Shown: one piece after another, positions 43,669-54,514 of the stretch
How positions within the stretch are numbered: position 1 is the stretch's first letter
Layout of the letters: each line of letters opens with the position of its first letter
NCBI GenBank assembly: GCA_963827755.1
Contig: CAWHCQ010000035.1
Coordinates: forward strand, 32,001 to 96,000
Direction: 5' to 3'
DNA from: an uncultured Gammaproteobacteria bacterium
GTDB taxonomy: Bacteria; Pseudomonadota; Gammaproteobacteria; UBA9214
DNA length: 64,000 bases
Program-made: the position numbers and the translations under genes
The notes under the pieces: model-generated
What the model was told of the DNA's origin: nothing
Database searches by the model: none
What the model saw: the letters and a program-made list of their open reading frames with translations, nothing else

Positions 43669-44844
43669 TCAAGCAGGACTCAGGCTGTTTAAATACTCAC
43701 CGAGGCGGCGCACACCTTCGCGCAGATTCTCCAGCGAGGTGGTATAGGCAAAACGCACATGCTTCTCCGGCTGGTTGCTGCCGAAATCCACACCGGGCGT
43801 AATCGCCACACCGGCCTCTTCCAGCAGCTGTTTTGAAAAGGCATAACTGTCGTCGCTGAAGCGGCTGCAATCGGCATACAGATAAAATGCCCCGTCCGGG
43901 GTGACCGGGATATCAAAACCGAGTTCACGCAAGGCCGGCAACAAAAAATCGCGCCGTTCACGAAACGCCTGCCGGCGTGTTTCCAGGATCGCGATGCTCT
44001 CATCACTAAAAGCCGCCAGGGCCGCATGCTGGGCCATGGTCGGCGCGGCAAGAAACAGGTTCTGCGCCAGTTTGTCGATGCCCTGCACGCAGTCCTGCGG
44101 CACCACCATCCAGCCAAGCCGCCAGCCGGTCATGCCGAAATATTTTGAAAAACTGTTAATCACGATCAGGTCGTCGGAAACGGCAAGCGCCGTCTCGTGC
44201 CGCAACACCATAGGTCAGCCCGTGATAGATCTCATCCACGATCAGGCTGCCACCCTGCGACCGGGTGTAGTCATACAACTGCCTGAATGGTTTCCTGCGG
44301 CAACAGTGTCCCGGTCGGGTTCGACGGTGATGCCAGCAACAGGGCCGCAACATCGCGGTGACCAGTACTGCTCGACCTGTTCAACCGTGGGCTGATAACC
44401 GCTGCCCGCATCCACGGGTATACCGACCGGCTCTGCGTTTAACAGGTGCACATAATTACGGTTACAGGGATAACCCGGGTCCGCCATCAACACCTTGTCG
44501 CCGCTATTGACGAGCATGCGCAAGCGCAAGCTGCAGGCCGAGCGATGCACCCGGGGTAACGACAATCCGCCCGGGAGAAACCTTGACGCCATAGCGATCG
44601 GAATAGAATGCCGCAATCCGCTCACGTAATGCCGGCAGGCCGGTAGCCGGCGTGTAATGGGTATAGCCTGCTGACAGGGCCTTGATACCGGCATCGATGA
44701 CCGGTTGCGGCGTTACAAAATCCGGCTCGCCGATTTCCATGTGAATAATCGATACGACCGGCCGCCTCCAGCTCCCGGGCACGGGCAAGCAATGCCATGA
44801 CATGGAATGGCTGAATGGCCTCCATGCGGTCTGGCAATTTTCAC
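43669..44844 (-). CDS. PLP-dependent class I/II aminotransferase (several frameshifts)
   Basis: IQPFHVMALLARA, HMEIGEPDF, YTPATGLPALR, DPGYPCNR, VDEIYHGL, NSFSKYFGMTGWRLGW. Likely GTG start overlapping the upstream gene's stop. Confidence 0.82.
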
Positions 44845-45620
44845 CCGCGCGCGGCCTGGCAGTGTGCATGCAGTCTTTGCAGGTAGTCGGTATCGACAAA
44901 CGGCCCGGGCTGCAATTCACCCTCTATCAGCCGGCACGGCTCAGCGGGCTCACCGAGATGGTCAAGCACGGCTGCCGCACCGGTAAAATCATGGTCATCG
45001 GTATAACGGTTCAGCGTTATCAGTGTGACCACACCGGCAGCCAGCGCGGATTTGAGGCCATTGGACGAATCCTCGATCGCAATACACTGCTCGGGCGCAA
45101 GCCCCAGCTCCGCAAGGGCATGATGATAAATGTCCGGCGCCGGTTTCTTGTTCGGCACGACTCCGCCGGCCGCAATCACGTCAAACCAGTCCGCGACATG
45201 GTCGCCAAAACTGTGCTCGAACAGTGCGGTGACATTGTCCGGCGTGGTCGTCGTGACAATCGCCAGCCGCAGACCCTGCGCCTTGGCATCCCTGATCAGG
45301 CGTTCGACACCCGGCCGCAACGGAACCGTGCCGGCAGCCAGGGCACCGACATAAAATTCCGTCTTGCTGCGATGCAGGTCCGCAATAAAGGCATCGGCAT
45401 CACCCGGCAGGCTCACATCAGGCCGGTCCCGGTCGAGGTAATGACGAATACGTTCCTTGCCGCCGGTGACCGAGAGCAAATCGTGATACAGGGCCTGTCC
45501 CCAGTTCCAGTCCAGCCCGGCCCTGGCGAATGCCGCGTTGAAGGCCTGGCGGTGAACCTCCTCGGTATCTGCCAGGGTCCCGTCGACATCCAGCAGCAGC
45601 GCTTCCAGTTTTGATTTCAT
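44841..45620 (-). CDS. CbbY-like HAD hydrolase
   Basis: DVDGTLADTE, HRQAFNAAF, VTGGKERI, LRPGV, KKPAPDIY, IEDS..GL. Confidence 0.85.
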   Translation of the reverse strand: MKSKLEALLLDVDGTLADTEEVHRQAFNAAFARAGLDWNWGQALYHDLLSVTGGKERIRHYLDRDRPDVSLPGDADAFIADLHRSKTEFYVGALAAGTVPLRPGVERLIRDAKAQGLRLAIVTTTTPDNVTALFEHSFGDHVADWFDVIAAGGVVPNKKPAPDIYHHALAELGLAPEQCIAIEDSSNGLKSALAAGVVTLITLNRYTDDHDFTGAAAVLDHLGEPAEPCRLIEGELQPGPFVDTDYLQRLHAHCQAARG

Positions 45621-45713
45621 AGAGCAACCTCTCTATATCAAGTTTACGCACCGTTTTGATTACAGCATGCAATCCGGCGCTGAATAACGCCGGTTTTACA
45701 CCGGCTTCCGTTC

Positions 45714-45750
45714 TTGACTAATAGCCAAAGTGGCGTATAAATAGCGCCCC
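45714..45750 (+). promoter_or_regulatory. putative sigma70 promoter of dksA with a GC-rich discriminator
   Basis: TTGACT-16 nt-TATAAA followed by TAGCGCCCC. Confidence 0.45.
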
Positions 45751-45855
45751 TGTGACCGTTAACCGGGTGCATGGACGTATGCAGACAGCCGGTGGAACAC
45801 TGAAATTTCCTGTTTAAACAATACCTTGTTGTAGCTGTACCCGGGGATAGTTTAC

Positions 45856-46571
45856 ATGGCAGCAAAAAAGAAAGCAGTAAAGTCATCGGCAAGAGCCGGA
45901 AAAAAAACCGCTCCTAAAAAGAAGGTGGTTAAAAAGGCGGCTGTTGGCAAGAAAACCAAGCAAAAAGGCGCACCGAAAAAGAAGGCCGCTGCAAAAAGGC
46001 CGCCCCGAAAAAGAAAGCCGCTGCAAAGAAGGCCGCCCCGAAGAAGAAGGCCACTGCAAGAAAGGCCGCCCCGAAAAAGAAAGCCGCTGCAAAGAAGGCC
46101 GCGCCGAAGAAAACCGGCGCCGCAAGGCCAGCCCGCAAGAAAGCCCCGGTAACCCAGATAGGCCCGGTTCCAGGCATCGCCAGTTATCGAGCGCGAAAGG
46201 GCGAGGCGTACATGAACGAGGAGCAGATCGCTCACTTCAAAAATATCCTGCTGGCCTGGAAACGAAGCCTGATGGAAGAAGTGGACCGCACGGTCCATCA
46301 CATGCAGGATGACGCCGCCAACTTTCCGGACCCCAACGACCGCGCCACCCAGGAGTCCGAATTCAGCATGGAACTGCGCGCCCGCGATCGCGAGCGCAAG
46401 TTAATCAAGAAGATCGATGAATCGATGCGCAATCTTGACAGCAATGACTTTGGCTACTGTGAGGCCTGCGGGGTAGAGATCGGCGTGAAACGGCTTGAAG
46501 CCAGGCCCACTGCAACACTCTGCATCGACTGCAAGATCCTTGATGAAATCCGGGAAAAACAGATGGGCTGA
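45856..46571 (+). CDS. dksA: DksA with a Lys/Ala/Pro-rich N-terminal extension (one-base frameshift in the A-run at 45993-45997)
   Basis: Core 46212-46571 has [13 protein letters not shown] and CIDC. Adding one A fuses the upstream [11 protein letters not shown] repeats in frame. Confidence 0.92.
45968..46110 (+). repeat. 33-bp coding tandem repeat ([11 protein letters not shown]), about 4-5 copies
   Basis: Recurring GCCCCGAARAAGAARGCCRCTGCAARRAAGGCC units. Confidence 0.85.
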
Positions 46572-46599
46572 TACAGGGCATGCATGACGAATTTAAAAC

Positions 46600-46624
46600 A
46601 GCCGGCTTATGCCGGCTTTTTTAT
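46600..46624 (+). terminator. intrinsic terminator/attenuator between dksA and gluQ
   Basis: AGCCGGC-TTAT-GCCGGCT followed by a T-run. Confidence 0.75.
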
Positions 46625-46662
46625 CATCAACACATGATACCTGCGAACCATTCCCTGCCGAC

Positions 46663-47575
46663 ATGATGAACACCTACCGCGGCCGCTTTGCCCCCTCGCC
46701 CACCGGGCCACTCCACTTTGGATCACTGCTTGCGGCTGTCAGCAGTTACCTCGATGCACGCCATCACCGGGGCGAGTGGTTATTGCGCATGGAAGACCTG
46801 GACCCGCCACGGGAAGTCCGCGGTGCAGCGGATGATATATTGCGCACGCTGGAAGCACTTGGCCTGCACTGGGATGGTCCCGTTGCCTGGCAAAGTCAAC
46901 GTAAGCCACTACTATGAAGACGCGCTTGCCAGTCTGGAGCGCGCCGGGCATACCTACGGCTGTGCCTGCACGCGCAAGGAAATTGCCGACAGCTCGATGA
47001 AATCCGGCGCCGGCGGCGTATATTCGGGAACCTGCCGATCCGGCATACCACAGGGACGCAAGGCACGGTCAATTCGTGTACAGGTCCATGACACTGATAT
47101 CAGCGTCAGGGACAGGCTGCAAGGCACACTCAGGCAACAGCTTGGGCGGGACGTTGGCGATTTCATTATCAGGCGTGCCGATCAATTGTTCGCCTATCAA
47201 CTTGCCGTTGTGGTTGATGATGCCGGGCAGGGTATCAGTCATGTGGTGCGTGGCACCGACCTGTTCGACTCGACCCCGCGACAGATCCACTTGCAGCAAC
47301 TGCTGGGTTACCCGCAGCCGTCCTACCTGCATATACCGGTCGCCGTGGACAGCAAAAACGACAAACTCAGCAAGCAGACGCACGCACCCCCCGTCAATCC
47401 CGACGACTGGTCGACAGTCCTGTGTGATGTGCTCACCTTCCTCAACCAGCCATTACCCGGGTCCGTGGAGGACGCCAGCAAGGCGGAACTCTGGCAGTGG
47501 GCCATCGAACACTGGAATACGGACTCGCTGCCCGTCAGCCGCTCGATCGCGGCAGCGCCGGGTTACATCGGGTAA
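46663..47575 (+). CDS. gluQ: glutamyl-Q tRNA(Asp) synthetase (frameshift near 46900)
   Basis: [47 protein letters not shown]. Lies downstream of dksA. Confidence 0.9.
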
Positions 47576-47636
47576 TTCCCTCGCGCCTGGTGTAATGAAC
47601 AATTCGCAAACATCCCGATTGAATATAAATCATGAC

Positions 47637-47664
47637 TTGGCTCACGGCCCGACCGGGCTATAAT
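47637..47664 (+). promoter_or_regulatory. possible sigma70 promoter of acs
   Basis: TTGGCT-16 nt-TATAAT, about 50 bp upstream of the ATG. Confidence 0.35.
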
Positions 47665-47713
47665 CAGGGCCACACAAAATCACCAACGCCGAGACAAGCA
47701 GCGGAGCACATCC

Positions 47714-49651
47714 ATGTCAGATAACACGAGCTACGATATCCCTTCAGAATTTGCACAAGGCGCCCACCTTGATGCCAAACAATTCCAGGAAATGTACACA
47801 CAGTCAGTCACAGACCCCGCCGGCTTCTGGGCCGCGCAGGCCGGGGAGTTTCTCGACTGGGACAAACCCTGGGACAATGTACTCGACTGGGACTACAGCA
47901 AGGGACATATCCGCTGGTTTGAAGGTGGCAGGCTGAATGCCTGTTATAACTGCGTCGACCGTCACCTGGAGACGCGTGGCGAGCAGACCGCCCTGATCTG
48001 GGAAGGTGATGATCCGGGTGATGACCAGCGCATCAGCTACCGCGAATTACATGAGCATGTCTGCCGACTGGCGAATGTACTGAAATCCCGCAATGTAAAT
48101 AAAGGCGACCGGGTTTGCATCTACATGCCGATGGTCCCGGAAGCCGTCTATGCCATGCTCGCCTGCGCACGTATCGGCGCCGTCCATTCGGTCGTCTTCG
48201 GCGGCTTCTCGCCGGAATCCGTCAAGGACCGCATTCTCGACTCGGACTGCCGGATGGTCATCACCGCCGACGAAGGCCTGCGCGGCGGCAAGACCGTCCC
48301 GCTGAAGGGCAATGTCGATGAAGCCCTGCTTGGCTGCCCGAATGTGCACACGGTACTGGTGCTGCGCCGTACGAATGGCGAGATCAGCTGGCATGATGAA
48401 CGTGATATCTGGTATCACGAGGCCACGGCAGCCGTATCAAAAGACTGCCCGGTCGAGATCATGGATGCGGAAGACCCGCTGTTCATTCTTTACACCTCCG
48501 GCTCCACGGGAAAACCCAAGGGCGTGCTGCATACCACCGGCGGTTACCTGCTGTATGCCGCCATCACCCACAAATACGTCTTCGACTACCATGATGGCGA
48601 CGTCTACTGGTGTACGGCGGACGTTGGCTGGGTTACCGGCCATTCCTACATTGTCTATGGCCCGCTTGCCAACGGCGCGATCTCGCTGGTCTTTGAAGGG
48701 GTACCCACCTATCCGAATGCCTCGCGCTTCTGGCAGGTCTGCGACAAACACAAGGTCAACATCTTCTACACCGCACCGACCGCACTGCGCGCACTCATGC
48801 GCATGGGAGACAAGCCGGTTACCGATACGAAGCGCAGCAGCCTGCGCCTGCTGGGTACCGTCGGCGAACCGATCAACCCGGAGGCCTGGGAGTGGTACTA
48901 CCGTACGGTTGGCGAGACCCGCTGCCCGATTGTCGACACCTGGTGGCAAACCGAAACCGGCGGCCACATGATTGCACCGGTACCCGGCGCCATGCGCATG
49001 AAACCCGGCTCGGCCGCCCTGCCCTTCTTCGGCGTGGTGCCGGCCATCGTCGACGCGCAGGGAAAAGTGCTTGAGGGTGTCGCCGAGGGCAGCCTGGTCA
49101 TGACCCGCCCGTGGCCCGGGCAAATGCGTGACGTCTACGGCGACCATCAACGTTTTATCGATACCTACTTCAGCGCATTTCCCGGTATGTACTTTACCGG
49201 CGACGGGGCGCGTCGTGATGAAGACGGGTATTACTGGATCACCGGGCGCGTCGACGATGTGCTGATTGTCTCCGGACACAACCTCGGCACGGCCGAACTG
49301 GAGAGTGCGCTGGTCTTGCACCCGAAGGTCGCCGAGGCCGCGATTGTCGGCTATCCGCATGACATCAAGGGCCAGGGCATCTATGCCTACGTCACCCTCA
49401 TCAACGGGGTCGAGCCTGATGATGCCCTGCGCAAGGAACTGATCACCCATGTGCGCAAGGAAATCGGCCCGATCGCCACGCCGGATATCATCCAGTGGGC
49501 GCCGGGCCTGCCAAAAACCCGCTCCGGTAAAATCATGCGGCGGATTCTGCGCAAAATTGCGGCCAACCAGATGGACTCGCTCGGTGACACCTCGACACTG
49601 GCCGATCCGGCCGTGGTCGATGACCTGATCAAGAACCGCATCGCCACCTGA
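47714..49651 (+). CDS. acs: acetyl-CoA synthetase
   Basis: [41 protein letters not shown]. Confidence 0.97.
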   Translation: MSDNTSYDIPSEFAQGAHLDAKQFQEMYTQSVTDPAGFWAAQAGEFLDWDKPWDNVLDWDYSKGHIRWFEGGRLNACYNCVDRHLETRGEQTALIWEGDDPGDDQRISYRELHEHVCRLANVLKSRNVNKGDRVCIYMPMVPEAVYAMLACARIGAVHSVVFGGFSPESVKDRILDSDCRMVITADEGLRGGKTVPLKGNVDEALLGCPNVHTVLVLRRTNGEISWHDERDIWYHEATAAVSKDCPVEIMDAEDPLFILYTSGSTGKPKGVLHTTGGYLLYAAITHKYVFDYHDGDVYWCTADVGWVTGHSYIVYGPLANGAISLVFEGVPTYPNASRFWQVCDKHKVNIFYTAPTALRALMRMGDKPVTDTKRSSLRLLGTVGEPINPEAWEWYYRTVGETRCPIVDTWWQTETGGHMIAPVPGAMRMKPGSAALPFFGVVPAIVDAQGKVLEGVAEGSLVMTRPWPGQMRDVYGDHQRFIDTYFSAFPGMYFTGDGARRDEDGYYWITGRVDDVLIVSGHNLGTAELESALVLHPKVAEAAIVGYPHDIKGQGIYAYVTLINGVEPDDALRKELITHVRKEIGPIATPDIIQWAPGLPKTRSGKIMRRILRKIAANQMDSLGDTSTLADPAVVDDLIKNRIAT

Positions 49652-49678
49652 AACCGTTCCCCGAACGGCGCAACGCGG

Positions 49679-50639
49679 ATGATCACATCCAGCGCGTTCA
49701 CACCGGCCTGGTGGCTGCGCGGGGCGCACCGGCAAACCCTGTTTGCCTCGCTCTGCCGGCGCCGGCTTGCCCCGCCGCTGACACGCGAACGCATCGAACT
49801 GCCCGACGGTGATTTCATCGACCTGGACTGGTCGAAAAACTGCCACGGGTAAAATCGTGCTGGTTCTGCACGGCCTGGAAGGATCGCTCGAATCCCACTA
49901 TACCGGCGGCCTGTTAAGGGTCCTGGCAGAGGAAAATTACACAGCCGGGCTGATGTACTTCCGCAACTGCAGCGGAGAACCCAACCGGCTTGCGCGCAGT
50001 TACCACTCGGGGGAAACCGGGGACCTCGATTACATCGTCCGCCACATCCTGGAAAAACATCCCGGCAGACCGCTTGTCGTCATCGGCTTTTCACTCGGCG
50101 GCAATGTGTTGCTGAAGTGGCTCGGGGAACAGGCAGAGGCATCACCGCTGCACAGCGCCATTGCCATCTCCGTGCCATTCGATCTCAACAGCGCGGCACT
50201 GAAGCTGGAGAAAGGCCTGTCGAGAATATACCAGCGTCACCTGCTGAAGAAACTGAGGAACTCGGTGAGAAGAAAGGCCGCGCGTCACCCGCCGCCGCTT
50301 CCCCTGGAACACTTGCGGGAGTTGCGGACATTCAGGGAATTTGACGACAGGATCACGGCACCGTTGCATGGCTTTCGTGATGTCGACGACTACTACAGCC
50401 AAAGCAGCTGCCGGCAGTTCCTGAAAACCATTCACACCCCGACCCTGATTATCCAGGCAAGCGATGATCCCTTCCTGCCAACCACCGCGCTTCCGCGTGA
50501 CACCGAGCTGGCCGCGGCCGTCACCCTGGAACTGTCCCGTCATGGCGGTCATGTCGGCTTCATCTCGGGCAGCAATCCGTTCCATCCGCGCTACTGGCTG
50601 GAGCAGCGCATCATCCGGCGCCTGGCCGAAACCGGCTGA
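49679..50639 (+). CDS. YheT-family alpha/beta hydrolase (frameshift near 49840)
   Basis: HRQT..ELPDGDFIDLDW in the first frame, then HGLEGS, YHSGET, GFSLGG, DDPF and GGHVGF in the next. Confidence 0.87.
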
Positions 50640-50810
50640 ACAGGTACAGGAGCCGTGAGGTGCGCAGACCCTGATCGCCTTGAGAGGTGCCTCTAATTTC
50701 TGTTAGATAACGGATGTATCTTACTGTTTATCATTAATATACTTTCTGGCTATTACGCGCCCTGTTAAAACCCGTCAGTCGATATGCCCAATCAAATCAG
50801 CCATACCTTT

Positions 50811-50893
50811 GATGGGTACGTCGCTTCGCTCCTTTACCCATCCTACGAAGAAGAAACGTCCATGCAGGACGGGTAAAGCGGCGCGTACCCGTC
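50811..50893. repeat. REP-like doublet, family A
   Basis: Arms are near-identical to the reverse complement of 249-327, with a different spacer. Confidence 0.8.
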
Positions 50894-50913
50894 AGTCGAT
50901 AGGCACAATCACA

Positions 50914-51717
50914 TCAGTCCTGCCCCGTGAAGGGATCAAACACCCTGGGCATGCGCCTGGAGAGATGCCGGTCAACTTTCCTGAATAAGCGTCTGGCGCG
51001 CTGTCGGCTGGCACGCTCACCCAGGTAGGCATAAATAAAGCGCAGCCGCTGGGTCCGACTGAGATACGAGAGTGCCAGGCGGGCAAGGCTCGACAAATCC
51101 ACCACCTGCCCACGGCCCGGGCGCAGATGCATGTAACGCCCGCGCGGGCAGTCTATCCAGGTACAGCGATAGTGCCCGCCTGCATCACGATGCACCAGGA
51201 TGTTGCGCCATTTCAGATCAAAATGAAAAAACCGCTTGCGATGGGCGCGCTGCAGCTGGCCGATTATTTCCGTGCTGATTTCCCGGTAGACGCGTGATCG
51301 TTCCGCTTGCGGCAAGCTTACACCAGTGCTGCCGTGCATACTCATCCAGGCTGAGCGCATCCGGGACTTCCTCGTGTAACGATACAGGCCGCGATCAAAC
51401 GGCCAAACTCGCGGATCTCGCCGAGCGCGAGCGGCTTCAGCGTCGGTATGCCGATCGCGGCCAGCTGCTGGTAGGAATACACCTCGTTGGCCGCCCTGCT
51501 CTGCTGCAGGAAGTAGCGGTTCTTGACGATGGTGTACACATAGCGCTTGAAGTAGACGGCGCCAGCGCCACTCAGCGGCACCCGGTAGGTGTTCACGTGC
51601 AGGCTGCCGGTGACCAGTGCTCCCCGGCTCCAGCCTATGCCAGTGACTGCCCTGCCGCAGGCCGAACGCCTGCCAGCCGGTCTTCCCAGCCGTCCTCGAA
51701 ATAAAGGCGGTTGCCAT
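50914..51717 (-). CDS. InaA/WaaP/KdkA-family lipopolysaccharide kinase (several frameshifts)
   Basis: VYFKRY, SRAANE, IGIPTLKP, HFDLKWRNIL and WIDCPRG are distributed over overlapping frames. Confidence 0.75.
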   Translation of the reverse strand: MATAFISRTAGKTGWQAFGLRQGSHWHRLEPGSTGHRQPAREHLPGAAEWRWRRLLQALCVHHRQEPLLPAAEQGGQRGVFLPAAGRDRHTDAEAARARRDPRVWPFDRGLYRYTRKSRMRSAWMSMHGSTGVSLPQAERSRVYREISTEIIGQLQRAHRKRFFHFDLKWRNILVHRDAGGHYRCTWIDCPRGRYMHLRPGRGQVVDLSSLARLALSYLSRTQRLRFIYAYLGERASRQRARRLFRKVDRHLSRRMPRVFDPFTGQD

Positions 51718-52132
51718 GCAGATGGCAGGGGCCCCTTACCTGCCCTGATCATGGAAATATGCGCCCGTTGCTGTTCATGGTGTGGCGTATTCTACCCCAG
51801 TGCGCACTACGGGCTGGAACAACCCTCAAATTCCGGCCGGAATTTCGCCTTGAAGGGTCTTTCTTCGGGTTCAAAAAGAAGCGTTTAAGAAAGCGCGAAC
51901 TCACGCACCTTGCGCAAGTCCATCGGTCACGGTCCTTGCCAGCCTCTTCTTCATCCCGGTGCTGTGCATGCCACTCACGGAGTACCCCGGGTTATGGGGT
52001 GGCGCCGGTTCGAACCGCTCAACCAGCAGCAGAGTCATGGTACAGGTTTGGTTCCAGTCCCGGGTCTTTCCCTGCAGGCGTACATGGCCTGTTACCTTAA
52101 TGATGAAGGCGGTTTCCGCCCTGCTGTTCCCG

Positions 52133-54401
52133 TCATGAATTCTTCGTACCGCTATCCCGGGGTAACGTCTTCACATGCACATCCCGCTGCGGGAACGGGA
52201 TGGTAATGCCGGCCTCGCGGAATGCCTTGTCGATGGCGATATTCAGGTCGCTGGTGATGTCGAGCTGGCGATCGATCTGGCGAATGAAACAGCGCAGTTC
52301 AAATTCCAGCGCGCTGTCACCGAACTGCCTGAACAACACCTTTGGCGGAGAAATCGTCGGGTGGTCTTTCATCACCCCTTCGATGCTCTGTCGCCACGCG
52401 AATCAGTATCTCGATCACCCTCGCCACATCGGAACCGTAGGCCACGCCGACCGGTATCTTGATGCGCCCCCAGGGGTCACGCAGCATCCAGTTCGACACC
52501 TTGTTGGCGATCAGTTCCGAGTTGGGCACGATGACATCCGCCCGGTCAAACGTCTCGATCTGGGTGGAACGAATACTGATCTTGCGCACATAACCCTGCG
52601 TGTCGCCGACCACCACCCAGTCACCGGTGCGCACGGGCCGCTCAAACAGCAGGATCAGGCCGGAAACGAAATTATTGACGACGTTCTGCAGGCCGAAGCC
52701 GATACCGACAGACAGGGCACCGGCGACGATCGCAAGATTGGTATAACTGATACCCGCCACACCGAGTGCGATCAGGAAGGAAATCATCACCCCCGTATAC
52801 CCGCTGACGGTTACCATGGCTTCGCGCCCGCCCCGATCCAGCCGGCTGCGCTTTACCAGGTCGGTGATCAGGCTTTGTTTGATCCAGCGCGTCAGGCTGA
52901 CGCCGACGGCCATAACCGCAATCGCCCCGAGCAACTGGGTAGGCGCGATGTGCAGCGAGCCGACATCGAAACCCTCTGTGACATACTCGCCCAGCCTGGT
53001 GATCCAGCGCTCCGACTGGCCCCAGACCCACAGAACCCATACCGCAAACGTCGACCACACAAGCAGGGAGGTGGCCAGGCGCAGCCAGATCAGCCCGGGA
53101 ACCAGTTCGCGCGACTTCAGATCCATCAACTTGCGCAATGATTTCTGCCACGGGTACCGGCCCTCATCGAGTCCGTCATACAGGAATACGAGTGACCTGG
53201 CGGTGAAGCCGGCAACGCCGAAGCCGATGACCGTGCCGCAAAACCCCAGCAGCAGGTGAATGGAAAGATTCCTGTAACCGAGTGTCTCGGCGACGGCGAC
53301 AACCAGCGCGGCCAGCACCATCAGTACCCGCAGGGTCCTTGTTCCCGCCAGGCCCGGGACGCGCCCGAGGATGATCGCCGACCATACCAGGCTGGCCAGC
53401 AACAAACCGGCCATTGCCGTGCGCAGCAGGAAGTAGTGCGGGTCCGGCAACTGGATGACGGACTCGGCCGTGGTCAGCAGGCTGCCGAGTATCAGCAGCC
53501 CCGCGAGTACCCTCAACCAGCGGCTCAGGATTCTTGCATCCTGTTCCGCAAGCCCGGCCCCGACACGCCCCGCAAGCCAGATATGCAGCAGGCTGTCAAA
53601 GGTCAACCACACCACAATGCCCAATACCAGCCGGGTCACAAGGGCAGGCGGCCACTCCGGCAGCAACACCGTCAGCGCCAACGCGCCACCCATCCCGGCC
53701 AGCAGCCAGGGCGCTGCCGCCACCAGCGGCCCGCTGCGGTGTTCACGACCGTGACGCAGGAACCAGCGGCGGCGCCAAACGATCCCCGCAGCTGCCAGCA
53801 CAACGATGAACAGCGGCACAAACCAGTGTTGCGGGGATGTCAGCCGCTCCCAGCCACTGCCCCGGTCGAGGAAGCCGGAAACGATTCGTGACCAGGCGCG
53901 CGGGGCATCCAGCACGTCAATTATCACTTCCGGGGTCGACAGGCCGCGCGCAAACAGGCGGGCCATCAGTGCCGCCTGGTCGCGTTCCAGGATACGCTTG
54001 AACAGGTCCTGGGATGACTGGGTAAGCTGCTCGCAGGCAATACGCCCTTTTTCATTCCGGTTGATGTCCGCATCCAGTTCGTCACGCAGGCGGAGAACCT
54101 CGGGATCCACAATAGCTGACGGCTCACCCAGCGCTTCACGCCTTGCGGTAAGCGTCGACACCTTCGTAACAGCATCCGAAATACAGTCACGTGCCTGGCT
54201 GCGTATCGTGATCAGGCGCTTCCTGAGAATCGATATCTGGCGCCGCGCCTGCAGCGTATTACCCGCGGTATCGTCAAGCTGCTCCTGCAGGACGGCCAGT
54301 TCACTGCGTGCATTGCCAAGCCCCTGCTCCGTGTCAAGGCCCTGGGCAATCAGCAGGCCGGGGGCCAGCAACAAGCCGGTCAGTATGAAGCGCAGCGTCA
54401 T
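52133..54401 (-). CDS. large MscK/MscS-family mechanosensitive channel (frameshift near 52380)
   Basis: Signal peptide, coiled coil, many TM segments, GIGFGLQNVVNNFVSGLILLFERP, VPNSE. The C-terminal FGDSALEFEL..IPFPQRD is in the next frame. Confidence 0.88.
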
Positions 54402-54514
54402 TCTTTTAACCCGTCTCACAATCAACCCCGCCGGTGGGAACCCCGGCAACACCTTCACCCGGCCTGCAGAATCCGCCCCCTGGAAAAGGCATCAAGTCCA
54501 GAGTCCACGCCACC

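Noticed and set aside
48437-49846. 469-aa antisense ORF, and similar ones such as 54434-55801, 13808-14896, 10191-11219 and 35243-36226
   Set aside because: These are shadow ORFs opposite well-supported genes, expected from high-GC codon bias.
51800-52130. Open frame of about 80 codons on the minus strand between mscS and the LPS kinase
   Set aside because: It has no good start or RBS and no recognisable motif.
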